In this document: positions 25,007-37,006 of the stretch, piece after piece
Layout: each line of letters opens with the position of its first letter
Position numbering within the stretch: the first letter of the stretch is position 1
DNA from: an uncultured delta proteobacterium
GTDB taxonomy: Bacteria > Desulfobacterota > Syntrophia > Syntrophales > UBA2185
Direction of reading: 5' to 3'
DNA length: 64,000 nt
Assembly (NCBI GenBank): GCA_963695875.1
Contig: CAVOID010000015.1
Location: 1-64,000 of the forward strand
Position numbers and translations under genes: made by a program
Notes under the pieces: model-generated
Database searches by the model: none
Seen by the model: the letters and a program-made list of their open reading frames with translations, nothing else
Told to the model about the DNA's origin: nothing

Positions 25007-28000
25007 ATGGCGACACAACGACATCACTCGTGCCTTGTATCTTTGATCACGGTTTTCCTTGTTTGCGTCCTTTTTCTGGGTGTGGCCTCCGTTGCGGTTG
25101 CGGCGGGGGATGGAGTAAGACTGGACGGCAGCCTCGGTCAGACCCCGGGTATTGTGGGCGGGGGCCAAGTAAACGGCACCCCAACTACTTACCTGATTAC
25201 CGACACCCTGGGAAAGAAAGCCGGCGGCAATCTATTCTACAGCTTCGGCAGCTTCAACATTTACACGGGAGAGAGTGCCACCTTTCACAGCCCAAATAGC
25301 ACCAGTTATAACAATATCATCAGTCGCGTGACCGGGGGGAGTCCGTCCAGCATCGATGGACTCCTCAGGTCGACGATTGAAGGAGCAAATCTCTACCTGA
25401 TGAACCCGAGCGGCGTCATGTTCGGCCCCAACGCGAGCCTCGATGTGAAGGGGAGCTTCCACGTGAGCACGGCGGACTATCTCAAGTTCAGTGACGGGGG
25501 TGTTTTTTACGCCGACCCCGCGAAGAGCAGCGTGCTCTCCGTGGCGGAACCGCAGGCATTCGGGTTCCTCAGCGCAAATCCGGCCGCCATTTCCCTGGAC
25601 CGATCGGTCCTCACGGTACCGGACGGGCAGACACTATCGATTATTGGGGGAGATATTAACGTTCAAAATGATCCCACATCTCCTACATATTATGGAGCGA
25701 CATATTATACTCTCTCCGCACCGGGGGGGAGGATAAACCTCGTCAGCGTCGCCTCACCGGGTGAAGTCAACCTGAGCACACTGGATATTGGTTCTTTTAC
25801 AAAACTGGGGAATATCACATTCTCAAACGGAGCCAATGTGAACGTTTCCAGCAGCGATGGAACGACACCAGCAGGATCCGTCGTCATAAGGGGTGGCCAA
25901 ATCCTCTTTCAAGGTTCCGCTATCGATGCGACGGGAAACCCGGGTGGCTCGATCGATATTAAGGGAGAGACCCTTCAACTGGATAATTCTTCTTTCAATA
26001 TATCCACCTATGGCGATGCGGATCACCCCGGAACGGCATGTCAGATCGAGCTTTCCGGTGATTTTATCATGAAGAATGATTCGTGGATTGACTCTGAGAG
26101 CTTTGGTACGGGGCGCGGGGGAGACATACGCATCAATGCAGGCAATGTCATGCTGGGGGATGACTCTCCCGGCAGCGGTCCATTAGCCGCCTTTGGCAAT
26201 TACGGTTTTATCCAGTCGGGCTACTTTGCTTCGTCAGGTCCGGTGGTATCATATCCATTATTTCAGCCGGCGACGTGGTTGTGAAGAATGGTTTCTATAT
26301 CGCCGCAATGACAGCCGGTGAAGGGAATGCCGGCAATATTACCATCCAAGCCGGCAACAATTTCGTCATGAAAAACGAGTCTTACATCGATTCCTCGACT
26401 TGGGGCACAGGGCGCGGAGGATACATACAAATAACTGCGAGGAATATAACGCTCGGCGATGATGCCCCCGGAATACCACTCTTGGATACTTTCGATCCCT
26501 TTAACCCTTACGGCAGCATCCGTTCGTGGTCTAATCCATCATCAGGCCCAAGCGGTGATATATCTATTACAGCAGGTAATCTCATAGTTAAGAACGGTTT
26601 TTATATCGGCACCGCGGCGCTGAATCAGGCGAATGCGGGCAATGTCACGGTTCGCGCTGATACTATAAAGTTTCTGGATCAGGGAAACATATTCTCGAAT
26701 GCTTTCGCGTCAGGGACAGGGGGTAATGTCGATGTGTCGGCCCGTGATATCCTGATTTCCGCCACGAATGAAGCAGCAGTGACAAATAGTCAATATATTA
26801 CCGGCATAGGTGCGCAAACCGGTGGCACCTCTAACGGTGGTAAAATAACAGTAAACACGGACAGCCTGCAGCTCCTCGACGGAGGACAGATAAGCACGGT
26901 CCTTCTCGGTTCGGGCCGTGGAGCGGACATTGAGATTACGGCGAAGAATATCCTGATTTCGGGATTTGTTCTTGATCCTGCCTTATCCCCCGTGCCGTAT
27001 GGATTATCAGGGATAGATGCGCGTGTGGTTGGCGCGGCGACAACCGGTGGTATCGGAGGGAACATTGCCGTCACCGCAGGCAATCTGAACATAGCGAATG
27101 GAGGGGTTATCCGTACGAACCTCTTTGAAGATGCCCCTGGCACAGCCGGCAATATCACCGTCAATGCGGGAGCAATAAATATCAGCAGCGGCGGCCAGAT
27201 CTATGCGGATTCCTTCCGGGGAACAGGCGATTCGGGAGACCTTAATATTACCGCAAACAGCATGAGCATCTCCGGCTTCGGGGGTTCGCAGGCTCCCTAT
27301 CCCGTTCCCGACTTTACGGGACTTTCGACCAAAACGAATGCAGGGAAAGGCGGCACGATTAATTTAACCCTCACTGGCGATCTCTCGATAACAAACAAAG
27401 GATCGATCAGCGCCGATACGCAGGGGACAGGTTCAGGCGGTGCCATCAATATACGCGCGCAAAATGTGATGCTTACCGATCAGAGCATTATCAGCAGTTC
27501 AAGCTCCGGGACAGGGCCAGGCGGAGTGGTTAATATATCGACTGTCGGTGATCTCTCTGCAACAAACTACGGAACGATCAGTGCCGCTGCAAGCGGGGAC
27601 GGTGTGGGCGGTGACATAAATATCAAGGCGCAAAACTTACGCCTCACCGATCAGGGCACTATCAGTAGTTCCAGCTCCGGAATCGGCAACGCCGGAAATG
27701 TAAATATCACCGCCGCTGATTCTATACTGCTGAGAAACAGCTCCATTACCACAGAAGCCATGAAAGCGGACGGGGGTAACATCCAGATAAGCGCCTCATT
27801 CGAGGTGAGCCTCTTTGACAGTAAGATCACAGCGAGTGTGGGCGGAGGACCTCAGACAACCGGAGGAAACATCACCATTGACCCACAGTTTGTCATTTTG
27901 AAAAACAGCCAGATTATCGCCAATGCCTTTGAAGGCAGAGGAGGCAACATACTGATCAATACAGGTGTATTCCTTGCAGATCCGGATAGTGTAGTGGATG

Positions 28001-28227
28001 CTTCGTCCGCCCTGGGCATTAATGGCACGGTTGATATTCGAGCGCCCATCACCAATGTCAGCGGGCTTTTGAATCCATTATCCGCTGATTTTGTCAGCGC
28101 TACGGCACTGCTTCGAGAGCGATGCATTGCCAGGATCCAGGGGGGCAAATACAGTAGTTTCGTAGTAGGCAGTCGTGATGGGCTACCCATTGAACCGGGC
28201 AATCTCATGCCTGGATTTCTGCACTAA
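25007..28227 (+). CDS. TpsA-type filamentous haemagglutinin-family exoprotein (frameshift near 26245-26280)
   Basis: TPS domain (GGNLFYSF, NIISRVTGG, NPSGVMFGPNASLDV), GxGGxIxI beta-helix repeats and the conserved C-terminus IIANAFEGRGGNI...RC...SSFVVGSRDGLP. Confidence 0.9.
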
Positions 28228-28317
28228 TTGCTCCCGGCTATTTAAATCAATAAAACCAATAGCTGGGGAATCAGTACCGATAATCAAGATAAAAGGTTTG
28301 AATCCGGCAGCGAGCGT

Positions 28318-28404
28318 ATTCCCCGTAGCTTGCTGCGGGGTAAGCGAGCGAATGGGGAACATCATTATAGTCTCAAGAAGTCAGCATCCGACATTAGAAT
28401 TATA
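28318..28404. repeat. palindromic intergenic repeat (CCCCGTAGCTTGCTGCGGGG)
   Basis: Shares the hairpin, TTCGCTCG and ATAATTCTAAT motifs with 39501-39600. Confidence 0.55.
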
Positions 28405-28424
28405 CCGGCTAGGGGATAACTACT

Positions 28425-30239
28425 ATGAAGGCAGAGAGTTTGCTTCGCCATTGGATAAAGAAAGTCCCACTTCCTGAGATGATCAGAGATCTTTGGCATC
28501 ACAGCTCACGGGGTACTTACTTCGCATTGCGCACCTTCCTGGTCTTTCTGGTATTGATCTCTCTTATCACTTCTGCTTATGGCCAGGTGCTGCCCCGTCT
28601 CGATCCCACAGGCCGATCAGGAGATAGGCGTCCCGAGCCTCTTGAGGAAGAACTCCTAACCCCTCCTCCGACGGTGACGCTTCCTGCTCCACCTGGTCCC
28701 GCGAAGGAACAGGCGGTACCGCTTCTCAAGAGTGTATTTGTACGTAAGATAGTTGTAACGGGAAGCACAGTCTTCAAGGCAGACGAGATCGCCAGGGTCA
28801 CCGCTCCTTATGAAAACCGGAATGTGACAATGGAAGATCTGGAGTCTCTTCGCCGGGCTTTGACACTCCTATATGTGAACAAGGGTTATATTAATTCCGG
28901 CGCCATCATTCCGGATCAGAAGGTGGTTGATGGTGTGATTACCTTTCAGATTATTGAAGGTAAGCTCACGCACATAGACGTGGAGGGGAACAAGTGGTTT
29001 GGTGAGGCTTTTCTCAGGGATAGGATAGCTCTGGGCGCAGGAGCTCCCGTCAATATCAGTCCTTTGCAGAACCGTTTACAGATACTGCAGCAGGATCAGA
29101 GGATACAGCGTATTCATGCGGAGCTGAGACCCGGCGCCACACCCGGAGAGAGTGAGTTGAAGGTGAAGGTAGAGGAAAAACCACCATTTTATGCATGGCT
29201 CGCATTTAACAACTACCAGCCACCGTCGGTTGGTGCTGAAAGGGGACTCCTCACACTTGCTCACCAGAACCTTACCGGCCATGGAGATATCCTGAGTTTA
29301 ACATACGGACGTTCGGAAGGTCTCAGTCCCCAGCTTGACACCTGGTATGCGATCCCCATCAATGTTTACGATACAACACTGCTTTTAAGATACAGGATAA
29401 ACGACTTTGACGTTGTTGACAAGGAGTTTGGACCACTGGACATTTCGAGTAAATCGGAAATCTATGAACTTACCCTGCGTCAGCCTATCTACCGGACACT
29501 CAACCAGGAATTCGCCCTCGCCCTTACGTTAGAGCATGAGTACAACAAGACCTATCTGTCCGGAGAACCTTTTTCATTTGCTCCGGGAGTGCAAGATGGG
29601 CGCGAGGTAGTGATTCCAGTGCGGTTTTCACAGGAATGGACATACCGTACGCAGCGGCAGGTCATCGCGGCACGATCCCGTTTCTCCTATGGTCTGCACA
29701 CTGAGGATACGACAATAAATAATAATAAAGACGTCCCGGACGGAAGATTTTTTGCGTGGCTGGGACAGTTTCAATGGGCTCGAATCCTGGGATTCTGGGA
29801 TACGCAGTTGCTCTTCCGGGCAGATATACAGCGTTCCAATGATTCTCTTCTACCCCTCGAGCAGATTACCATCGGCGGGAGATACAGCGTAAGGGGCTAT
29901 AGGGAGAACTTGCTGGTCCTTGATCAAGCCTTTATTGCCTCCCTGGAAGCCCGGATCCCCATTATACAGAATAAGCGCTGGGCGGACTATATTCAATTGT
30001 GCCCTTTTTATGATTACGGCAGGGGGACAAACAAGGATTTTCCAACCCCCGATCCGGTAGATATTTCCAGCGTCGGCCTGGGCCTCAGGTGGGCTGCACC
30101 CTTGATAAAATCACCTTTTGAGCTGAGGTCCGAACTTGAAGTATACTGGGGGTATGCCCTGAGAAAGATCGATCTGCCGTATGACGATCCCCAGGATGCC
30201 GGGATTCACTTTCAAATCGCCATCACAGGTTTCTTCTAA
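28425..30239 (+). CDS. TpsB ShlB/FhaC/HecB-family outer-membrane transporter
   Basis: POTRA domain (YVNKGYINSGA), IGGRYSVRGY motif, C-terminal Phe; start uncertain. Confidence 0.9.
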   Translation: MKAESLLRHWIKKVPLPEMIRDLWHHSSRGTYFALRTFLVFLVLISLITSAYGQVLPRLDPTGRSGDRRPEPLEEELLTPPPTVTLPAPPGPAKEQAVPLLKSVFVRKIVVTGSTVFKADEIARVTAPYENRNVTMEDLESLRRALTLLYVNKGYINSGAIIPDQKVVDGVITFQIIEGKLTHIDVEGNKWFGEAFLRDRIALGAGAPVNISPLQNRLQILQQDQRIQRIHAELRPGATPGESELKVKVEEKPPFYAWLAFNNYQPPSVGAERGLLTLAHQNLTGHGDILSLTYGRSEGLSPQLDTWYAIPINVYDTTLLLRYRINDFDVVDKEFGPLDISSKSEIYELTLRQPIYRTLNQEFALALTLEHEYNKTYLSGEPFSFAPGVQDGREVVIPVRFSQEWTYRTQRQVIAARSRFSYGLHTEDTTINNNKDVPDGRFFAWLGQFQWARILGFWDTQLLFRADIQRSNDSLLPLEQITIGGRYSVRGYRENLLVLDQAFIASLEARIPIIQNKRWADYIQLCPFYDYGRGTNKDFPTPDPVDISSVGLGLRWAAPLIKSPFELRSELEVYWGYALRKIDLPYDDPQDAGIHFQIAITGFF

Positions 30240-30273
30240 GCAGGAGAATGAAATCTGAATTAGGGGAATTGTT

Positions 30274-32686
30274 ATGAAAATGAATAAAACCTTTAAAAGA
30301 TGCAGGGTCTCTTTCCGAAGGTTCATTCCTTTATCAGCTTTCTTATGTCTTTTCATGTTGGTTCCCGCTTTTGGAAGTCTCTTTATTGGTACTGCCTTTT
30401 CATCGGAGGAATCGCCGGTTGTAAAGAATCCGGGTCTGAGTCCGAAGACATCAGGTTCGTCTGAAGGCCAATCGCCCGGAAAATATATAGACCAGGGAGT
30501 CCTTTCGTTTGATCGGGGCGCCTTTGATGATGCCATTGTAAACTTCGAAGCTGCCATACGTTTGTGTGAGCAGGATACTAACAAGGTCAAGCAGTGCGAG
30601 GCACTAATAAGGCTGTCTCAGGCCAGTCATTTTACCGGCCAATACAAGAAAGCACTGCAAAGCTTGGAAAAGGCCATGACCATTGCAAGAGAATTGAATG
30701 ACGGACATCAAATTGCCGCTATCTTCGGTTCCATGGGAAATGTCTATATCGGAATGGGTAATGGTAATTTGGCTTTAGAAAATTTGAATCAGGGACTCCT
30801 TATCGCAAAAGAATCAGGATATGTCAGATGTGACAGCTGTCATTCTGAACAATTTTGGGAACCTGTACGTTTCGCAGAACAAATATGATGACGCACTCAA
30901 TGCATATCGGGAAAGCGCTCAGCAAGCGAAGAAAGCGAAGAACATTTCGCTTGCAGTCCAGGCTGATATCAATGGGGCGACGGCCGCATTGAGAGGCGGT
31001 AAATATGCCGATGCCCGGAAGCAACTCGATAAGGCGGTGGGTCAACTTCGCAGTCTCGAAGATTCCTATGCCAAGGCTTACAGCCTCATCAACGCAGGCA
31101 TTGTATACTCTGATCTTCGTGTGTATTATCCTGACCAAAAGCAGGTTCTTTTAAAGCAAGCTTACACTGCAATCAATGAAGCCCTTACTGTGGCCCAAAA
31201 GATAAACGACCAGAGAACAGTATCATATGCATACGGCTATCTCGGAAAACTGTATGAAGATGAACGTCAATATGAGGAGGCCCTCGAATTAACCAGACGG
31301 GCAATATTTGCGGCCCAACAGAAAAATGCAAACGAGGCTCTGTATAGATGGCACTGGCAGAGCGGACGGATTCTCGCCCATCTGGGTAACATAGATGAAG
31401 CAATTGTATCTTACAGAAATGCGATACATGACCTGCAGGCTATCCGGGAGGAATTTGCTTCCTGCTATGCCAGTCCTGAATCGTCCTACCAAAAAACCGC
31501 AAGTGTCGTCAGTTTTGAAATGGTGAAATTGCTCCTCGAGCGTGCCTCCGTGCTCCAGAAAGGGGAGGCTGTCGAGCCTTATCTGGTCGAAGCCCGTGAG
31601 GCTTTAGAAATCTTGAAGGTGTTTGAGTTGCGGGAGTACTTCAAAGACGATTGCGTGGATGCCGCCCGATTTGTTGAGAAAAAACTGGATGTAGTTTCTG
31701 AGAAGGCCGTGGTAATTTATCCGATTCTGTTAGATGATCATGTGGAACTCCTGGTAAGCTTTTCAGGACGCCTCAAAAGATTTACACTCCCTGTGGGAGC
31801 AGTTGCCTTAACCAACGAGATCAGGGAATTCCGCAGAAAGCTCGAAAAACGAACCACAGGAGAGTACCTGCCCCATGCCCAGAAGCTTTATGACTGGATC
31901 ATCCGACCTCTCGAAAAAGACCTTAATTCTGTGAAAATTGATGCCGTTGTGTTCGTGCCGGATGGACCTCTCCGGACAATTCCCATGGCTGCGTTACACG
32001 ATGGAAATAAATTTCTAATTAATCGTTACCCGGTTGCTATTACCCCGGGATTAAATCTTACGGATCCGCGCCCCTTCAAACGGGAGAACGCAAAAGTACT
32101 GGCCCTGGGGTTGACCGAACCCAGGCAGGGGTTTCCCGGTCTGCCCTATGTATCCGGTGAGCTCAAGGCTATTAAACAACTTTATGGAGGGCAGTTCCTG
32201 CTGAATGGGGAGTTCCGTGTGTCTAATGTGGAAAAAGAGCTGAAGAAGGAACCCTTTAGTATTGTCCATATAGCCTCGCACGGCCATTTTGGGGGGGACG
32301 TGGGTGATACATTCCTCCTGGCATTTGATGAAAAGTTCACTATAGATCGCTTCGGAGAGTATGTGGGTCTTTTCAAATTCCGTGATGAGCCCCTGGATTT
32401 ACTCACATTGAGCGCATGTGAAACCGCCGCAGGGGATGACCGGGCAGCACTGGGCCTGGCTGGGGTTGCCATCCGGGCAGGCGCCAGGAGCGCTCTTGCA
32501 ACACTTTGGCATGTCAATGATCCCGCATCTTATGAGTTGATCGTAGAATTTTACAAACAGCTACAGCATCCGTCTGTCTCGAGAGCCGCGGCACTCCAGG
32601 CAGCACAACTCAAACTGCTCGGAGATCTGCGCTACGATCATCCCGGTTACTGGGCGCCTTTCATTTTGATCAACAACTGGTTGTGA
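30274..32686 (+). CDS. exported TPR-CHAT (caspase-like HetF family) protease (frameshift near 30825)
   Basis: N-terminal signal/TM segment, TPR repeats, FVPDGPL, catalytic HIASHG and LSACETA, and the HPGYWAPFILINNWL end. Confidence 0.9.
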
Positions 32687-32701
32687 GGTTGCCTGCAAGG
32701 T

Positions 32702-34642
32702 ATGGCACAGTTTCTCAAATTCATCCAGAAACCCATCATCGTCAAATTGATGGGAGGTCTCCTCGTTTTTCTGCTTATCGTGGGTTTGCGAAACAGCGGA
32801 CATCTCGAATTTCTGGAACTCGCAGCGTATGACTGGTTCATACGCATGGAGCCGAAACTCTCCAGCGGAGATCCCAGGATAACGCTCATAGAGATTTCCG
32901 AAAAAGACATTCATGCCCATGGCCGCTGGCCCCTGACGGATGAGGCCCTCGCCAAAGCCATGAATATTCTCGTCAAGGATAATCCCCGTGCCGTTGGCCT
33001 GGACATTTATCGCGATATTCTCGTGCCTCCAGGAAGCGAAGAATTAAACGCCATCTTCGTCGAAAATCCTCAAATCATCGGGGTGATGACATTCGGCGAG
33101 AAGGGTGTGCGGCCGCCGGCGATCATCAGCAATACGGAGCAAGTGGGGTTTAACGACATACTTGTCGATCCCGGAGGTATTGTGAGGAGAGCGCTTATCT
33201 TTCTGGATGACGGTGAGAATGTGTATAATTCTTTTGCCCTCCGGCTCGCTTCTCTTTATCTTCATGCGGAAGGAATTGCTCTACAGGCTGATCCGGAAAA
33301 TCCGCAATACATCCGTCTGAAGGATACTACGATAAAACCTTTTGAGGCAAATGACGGGGGCTATATTAAGGCGGATGCTAGAGGTTACCAGTTTCTTCTG
33401 GACTTCGAGAACGCGGGCTTGCCTTTTCGGTCCTATTCTTTCTCCAAGCTGTTATCCGGTGAAGTTCCAGCGGAAGCGATCGCCGATAAAATAATCCTAA
33501 TCGGCGTCAGCGCCCAGAGCGTCAAAGACTTTTTTTATACACCGCTGAGCAAAGGTTTCGAAGAGGTCCAGCAGGTTCCCGGTGTTGTTCTGCACGGACA
33601 CATTATAAGCCAACTGCTGAGGTTCGCCCTCGACGGAACTTCACCGCTAAAGACATTGCCGGAAACGCAGAAGCTCATCTGGATCTTGCTCTGGAGCCTC
33701 ACAGGAGGTTTGATCGGACTCCGCATACGCTCCGTATGGCGCTTCTCTATGTTGATCTTAGGCGGCTTGGTGCTTCTTTGTCTTGCGTCATATTTTGCCT
33801 TTCTTGCCCGCTGGTGGATTCCCCTGGTGCCTCCAGCTCTATCATTCTTCATATCCGCTGTTGTCGTCACGGCCTACATGTCAAGCCATGAAAAGAAAGA
33901 GCGGGCCCTCCTGATGCAGCTCTTTTCGAGACATGTGTCAAAAGAAATTGCGGAGATCATCTGGCAGCAGAAGGATCAGTTTCTGAACGACGGCCGTCCC
34001 CGATCCCAGAAAATGACGGCTACCGTTTTTTTCTCCGATTTAAAGGGTTTTACAACGATGTCCGAAAAGATGGACCCGCAGGAGCTTATCGACTGGCTGA
34101 ACGCCTATATGGAACCTATGACGCGCTTGATTATGGAGCACGGCGGGGTCATCGATGACTATGCCGGGGATGGCATCAAGGCGAACTTCGGTGTGCCGCT
34201 GCCGCGGAAAAATGAAGATGAGGTGCGCTCGGACGCCATGAATGCAATTAACTGCGCTCTTGCCATGGAGAAAGAAATGTGCCGCCTCAATGCCTTCTGG
34301 AGCCAAAAGGGGCTTCCCGCCATGGGGACGCGGGTCGGCATCTTTACCGGGACTGTTGTGGCGGGCCTTCTGGGAAGCTCAAAGCGATTAAAGTACACCA
34401 CCGTCGGCGATACCGTTAACATTGCCGCGCGGCTGGAAAGTTATGACAAAGAAGTGTGCAAAGATGCCCTCTGCCGCATCCTCATCGGTGAGCCGACTTT
34501 GCGCCATGTCAACGGCCAGTTTAAGACAGAAAGAATAGGAGAGGTCAGCCTGAAAGGAAAGGATGAAAGAATAATCGTTCACCGGGTGCTGGGTGATGAA
34601 TCTCCCGGCTCTCAAGCAATATCAAAGGAGGGAATATCATGA
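32702..34642 (+). CDS. CHASE2-domain membrane class III nucleotide cyclase
   Basis: CHASE2 motifs (RWPL, GLDIYRD, PGVVLH), three TM helices, FSDLKGFT, GDG and YTTVGDTVNIAARLES. Confidence 0.92.
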   Translation: MAQFLKFIQKPIIVKLMGGLLVFLLIVGLRNSGHLEFLELAAYDWFIRMEPKLSSGDPRITLIEISEKDIHAHGRWPLTDEALAKAMNILVKDNPRAVGLDIYRDILVPPGSEELNAIFVENPQIIGVMTFGEKGVRPPAIISNTEQVGFNDILVDPGGIVRRALIFLDDGENVYNSFALRLASLYLHAEGIALQADPENPQYIRLKDTTIKPFEANDGGYIKADARGYQFLLDFENAGLPFRSYSFSKLLSGEVPAEAIADKIILIGVSAQSVKDFFYTPLSKGFEEVQQVPGVVLHGHIISQLLRFALDGTSPLKTLPETQKLIWILLWSLTGGLIGLRIRSVWRFSMLILGGLVLLCLASYFAFLARWWIPLVPPALSFFISAVVVTAYMSSHEKKERALLMQLFSRHVSKEIAEIIWQQKDQFLNDGRPRSQKMTATVFFSDLKGFTTMSEKMDPQELIDWLNAYMEPMTRLIMEHGGVIDDYAGDGIKANFGVPLPRKNEDEVRSDAMNAINCALAMEKEMCRLNAFWSQKGLPAMGTRVGIFTGTVVAGLLGSSKRLKYTTVGDTVNIAARLESYDKEVCKDALCRILIGEPTLRHVNGQFKTERIGEVSLKGKDERIIVHRVLGDESPGSQAISKEGIS

Positions 34643-35392
34643 ATAACCTGAAACTAATAGTAATCGTCGGGCTTATTGCGGCGCTGCCGTTTCTCACCGG
34701 CGCAGCAGATGAGGGTAAGACAAAGCGGTCTGATGAAAATACCCAAACAGATCAAAAAGCGAAGCAGGTTACGACCGTGGGCAAGCCCGTATACAAACCG
34801 CCTCTCCGCGGATCGCCAGCCGGGCGTGTGGGGGGTGGAACGCGCGGGATGACAGAAAGGGAGTCCTTTTCTCTACAGGTCCTGGCGCCGGACCACATTG
34901 GTTTGACGATCCAGGATCAACCCTGTCTCTACTGGTACGTATCGAAACCAATCCCTTATCCTGTTGAACTGACCGTTATTGAAAGAAATGCAGTGAAACC
35001 ACTTCTTGAAAAGATCATCAAGGGTCCTGATAAGGGTGGCATCCAATTCATTCGTTTAGCCGATTATGCTGTGCATCTGCGTCGGAATGTCCCATACAAA
35101 TGGTTTGTGACCCTTGTGACCGATTCCAATCACCGTTCCAAAGATATTCTGGCAGGTGGCATAATAACACTGGTTGAACCGCCGCCATCGCTATTCGGCC
35201 AAACTCAAGGCGGCAGACAGCGGCAAAGCGCCCTATATTTACGCCGAGGAGGGGCTATGGTATGATGCGCTGGGAGCGATATCAGGGATGATCGATGCTT
35301 CACCGAATAATGTGGATCTCCGCAAACAGCGCGCCTCCCTTTTAGAACAGGTAGGTTTAAGTGAAGTTGCAGAATTTGAGAATCGGCAATAA
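34639..35392 (+). CDS. DUF928 family exported protein (frameshift near 35195)
   Basis: YKPP-RG-P-GRVGGGTRG, GLT...P-LYWY and YAEEGLWYDAL...LLEQVGL motifs. Confidence 0.85.
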
Positions 35393-35571
35393 GTGTTTAA
35401 AAAACAAATAGAAACAAAACTGACATAAATTATAGAATAGGCTGATGCTTTGTATATGATGGGCGTGAAGTCTGTGAATGCCAACCCGTCGACCAGACAA
35501 CGAAAGTGACCTTTGATATAGATGGACACGTGAAGGAAGTAAGGGAAATCCATAAGGAACAGTAGACTGCC

Positions 35572-36498
35572 ATGAACGAGAACGAGAGCGGGAAAAAGGG
35601 ACTTACGGGGAGCAGAGTTTTCGGGCAATTGCCCAAAGAGAAGTGGGATGAGCTCACTAGGGCTATGGAGAACCAGGTGGTAGCACGGCGTACGATCATC
35701 TTCAGGCAGGGGGATCCAGGGGACAAGTTTTACATTATCCATTCAGGGAAAGTGAGGGTGTTCAGGAAGGACGCTGATGGATTGGAGACGGACTTGTCTT
35801 TGCTGGGAGCGGGTGAAAGCTTTGGTGAGATGGCCCTGCTGACAGGTGAGACGAGATCAGCGAACGTGGAGGCGGTAGAAGAGACCCGCCTAAAGGTGCT
35901 TTCCAAAGAGCAATTTGAGCTTATTCTGAAGGACTTTCCCCATATTTCCCTGGCCTTTGTGAAGCAGATGTCGGGATGGCTTCTGAGGGATGAGAAGACC
36001 ATTGAGAAGGAAGCGCAACAACTTTACCGGGCACATCACATATCCTGGTTTGATTTTCTGCTGGTGATCGGGGTGAGTGTAATTCTAGCCCTCGTGTTCA
36101 ATAAGTCTAACCCGAACGGGATACCCCTGTTTCCGAAGTTTCCTGACAGGAAAGCGATTTCCGAGATCAGCGCTGCTCAGGCGATGGAAGAGGTGAAGAA
36201 GGGCGAAGCGCTCATCGTGGATGCTGGTCCTGAAGCCTTCTATGAAAAGAAACATATCCAGGGGGCGATCAGCATACCGCTCTCTCTTTTTGATATAGTG
36301 TATACGATGGCCTTTGGAGGGAATGAGAAGGGGAAAAAGGTGATTGTGTACGGAGGAACATTCAGCAAGCTCTATGATTGGGAGCTGGCGGACAAGCTCC
36401 TTCTTCGGGGGCATAAGGATGTGAAGGTGTTGGAGGGGGGGATGGCGACCTGGGAAAAAAAGGGCTATCCGGTGGAGGAGGAGAAAGGGAAGGAATGA
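35572..36498 (+). CDS. cNMP-binding domain - TM helix - rhodanese-like fusion protein
   Basis: IFRQGDPGD and FGEMALL...RSANV (cNMP domain), a hydrophobic helix, then HIQGAISIP and [12 protein letters not shown]. The active-site position reads YGG, not YC. Confidence 0.85.
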   Translation: MNENESGKKGLTGSRVFGQLPKEKWDELTRAMENQVVARRTIIFRQGDPGDKFYIIHSGKVRVFRKDADGLETDLSLLGAGESFGEMALLTGETRSANVEAVEETRLKVLSKEQFELILKDFPHISLAFVKQMSGWLLRDEKTIEKEAQQLYRAHHISWFDFLLVIGVSVILALVFNKSNPNGIPLFPKFPDRKAISEISAAQAMEEVKKGEALIVDAGPEAFYEKKHIQGAISIPLSLFDIVYTMAFGGNEKGKKVIVYGGTFSKLYDWELADKLLLRGHKDVKVLEGGMATWEKKGYPVEEEKGKE

Positions 36499-36998
36499 TC
36501 CATACATTTCTAAAACAGATTGTGACGAGTCCGTATCTGGCGCTGATTCTGAGGGTGTTCGTGGGCTATATCTTTCTGTACGCTAGCGTGAGCAAGATAC
36601 CGCACCCTGCGCAGTTTGCGGAAGCGACGGCAGCCTATCAACTGATCCCGTACTGGTTTCTGAATGTGGGGGCTATACTATTGCCGTGGATCGAGTTTGT
36701 GAGCGGGCTGTTTCTGATCATCGGGCTGAGGACGAGGGCGGCGGCAACCCTCATCGGTCTGATGTTGATCATGTTCACCGTGATGGTCCTGACCAACATG
36801 TACTGGGGAGCGTCTATTACGTGTGGGTGTTATGATACGGTGGGGGAGCCTATTGGGTGGAAGAAGGTCAGTGAGGACATATTACTGCTCCTCTTCACGA
36901 TACAGATTTACTTCTGTGACAGGTTGTTCATCTTCCGCAGGGGGGGCTTAATGCCCAGCATAAAGGGCATGGTCGCTACTCTGACAGGATTGCAATAA
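36495..36998 (+). CDS. MauE/DoxX family membrane protein
   Basis: LILRVFVG...[16 protein letters not shown] and the conserved CGC motif. Confidence 0.85.
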   Translation: MIHTFLKQIVTSPYLALILRVFVGYIFLYASVSKIPHPAQFAEATAAYQLIPYWFLNVGAILLPWIEFVSGLFLIIGLRTRAAATLIGLMLIMFTVMVLTNMYWGASITCGCYDTVGEPIGWKKVSEDILLLLFTIQIYFCDRLFIFRRGGLMPSIKGMVATLTGLQ

Positions 36999-37006
36999 GG
37001 TGGCCT

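Noticed and set aside
32702..36498. Cyclase plus cNMP-binding TM protein as a Pycsar anti-phage system
   Set aside because: The cyclase is a membrane CHASE2 sensor type within a TPS/CHAT module, and the receptor architecture (N-terminal cNMP, one TM, rhodanese) does not match Pycsar effectors. Not supported, though product specificity is untested.
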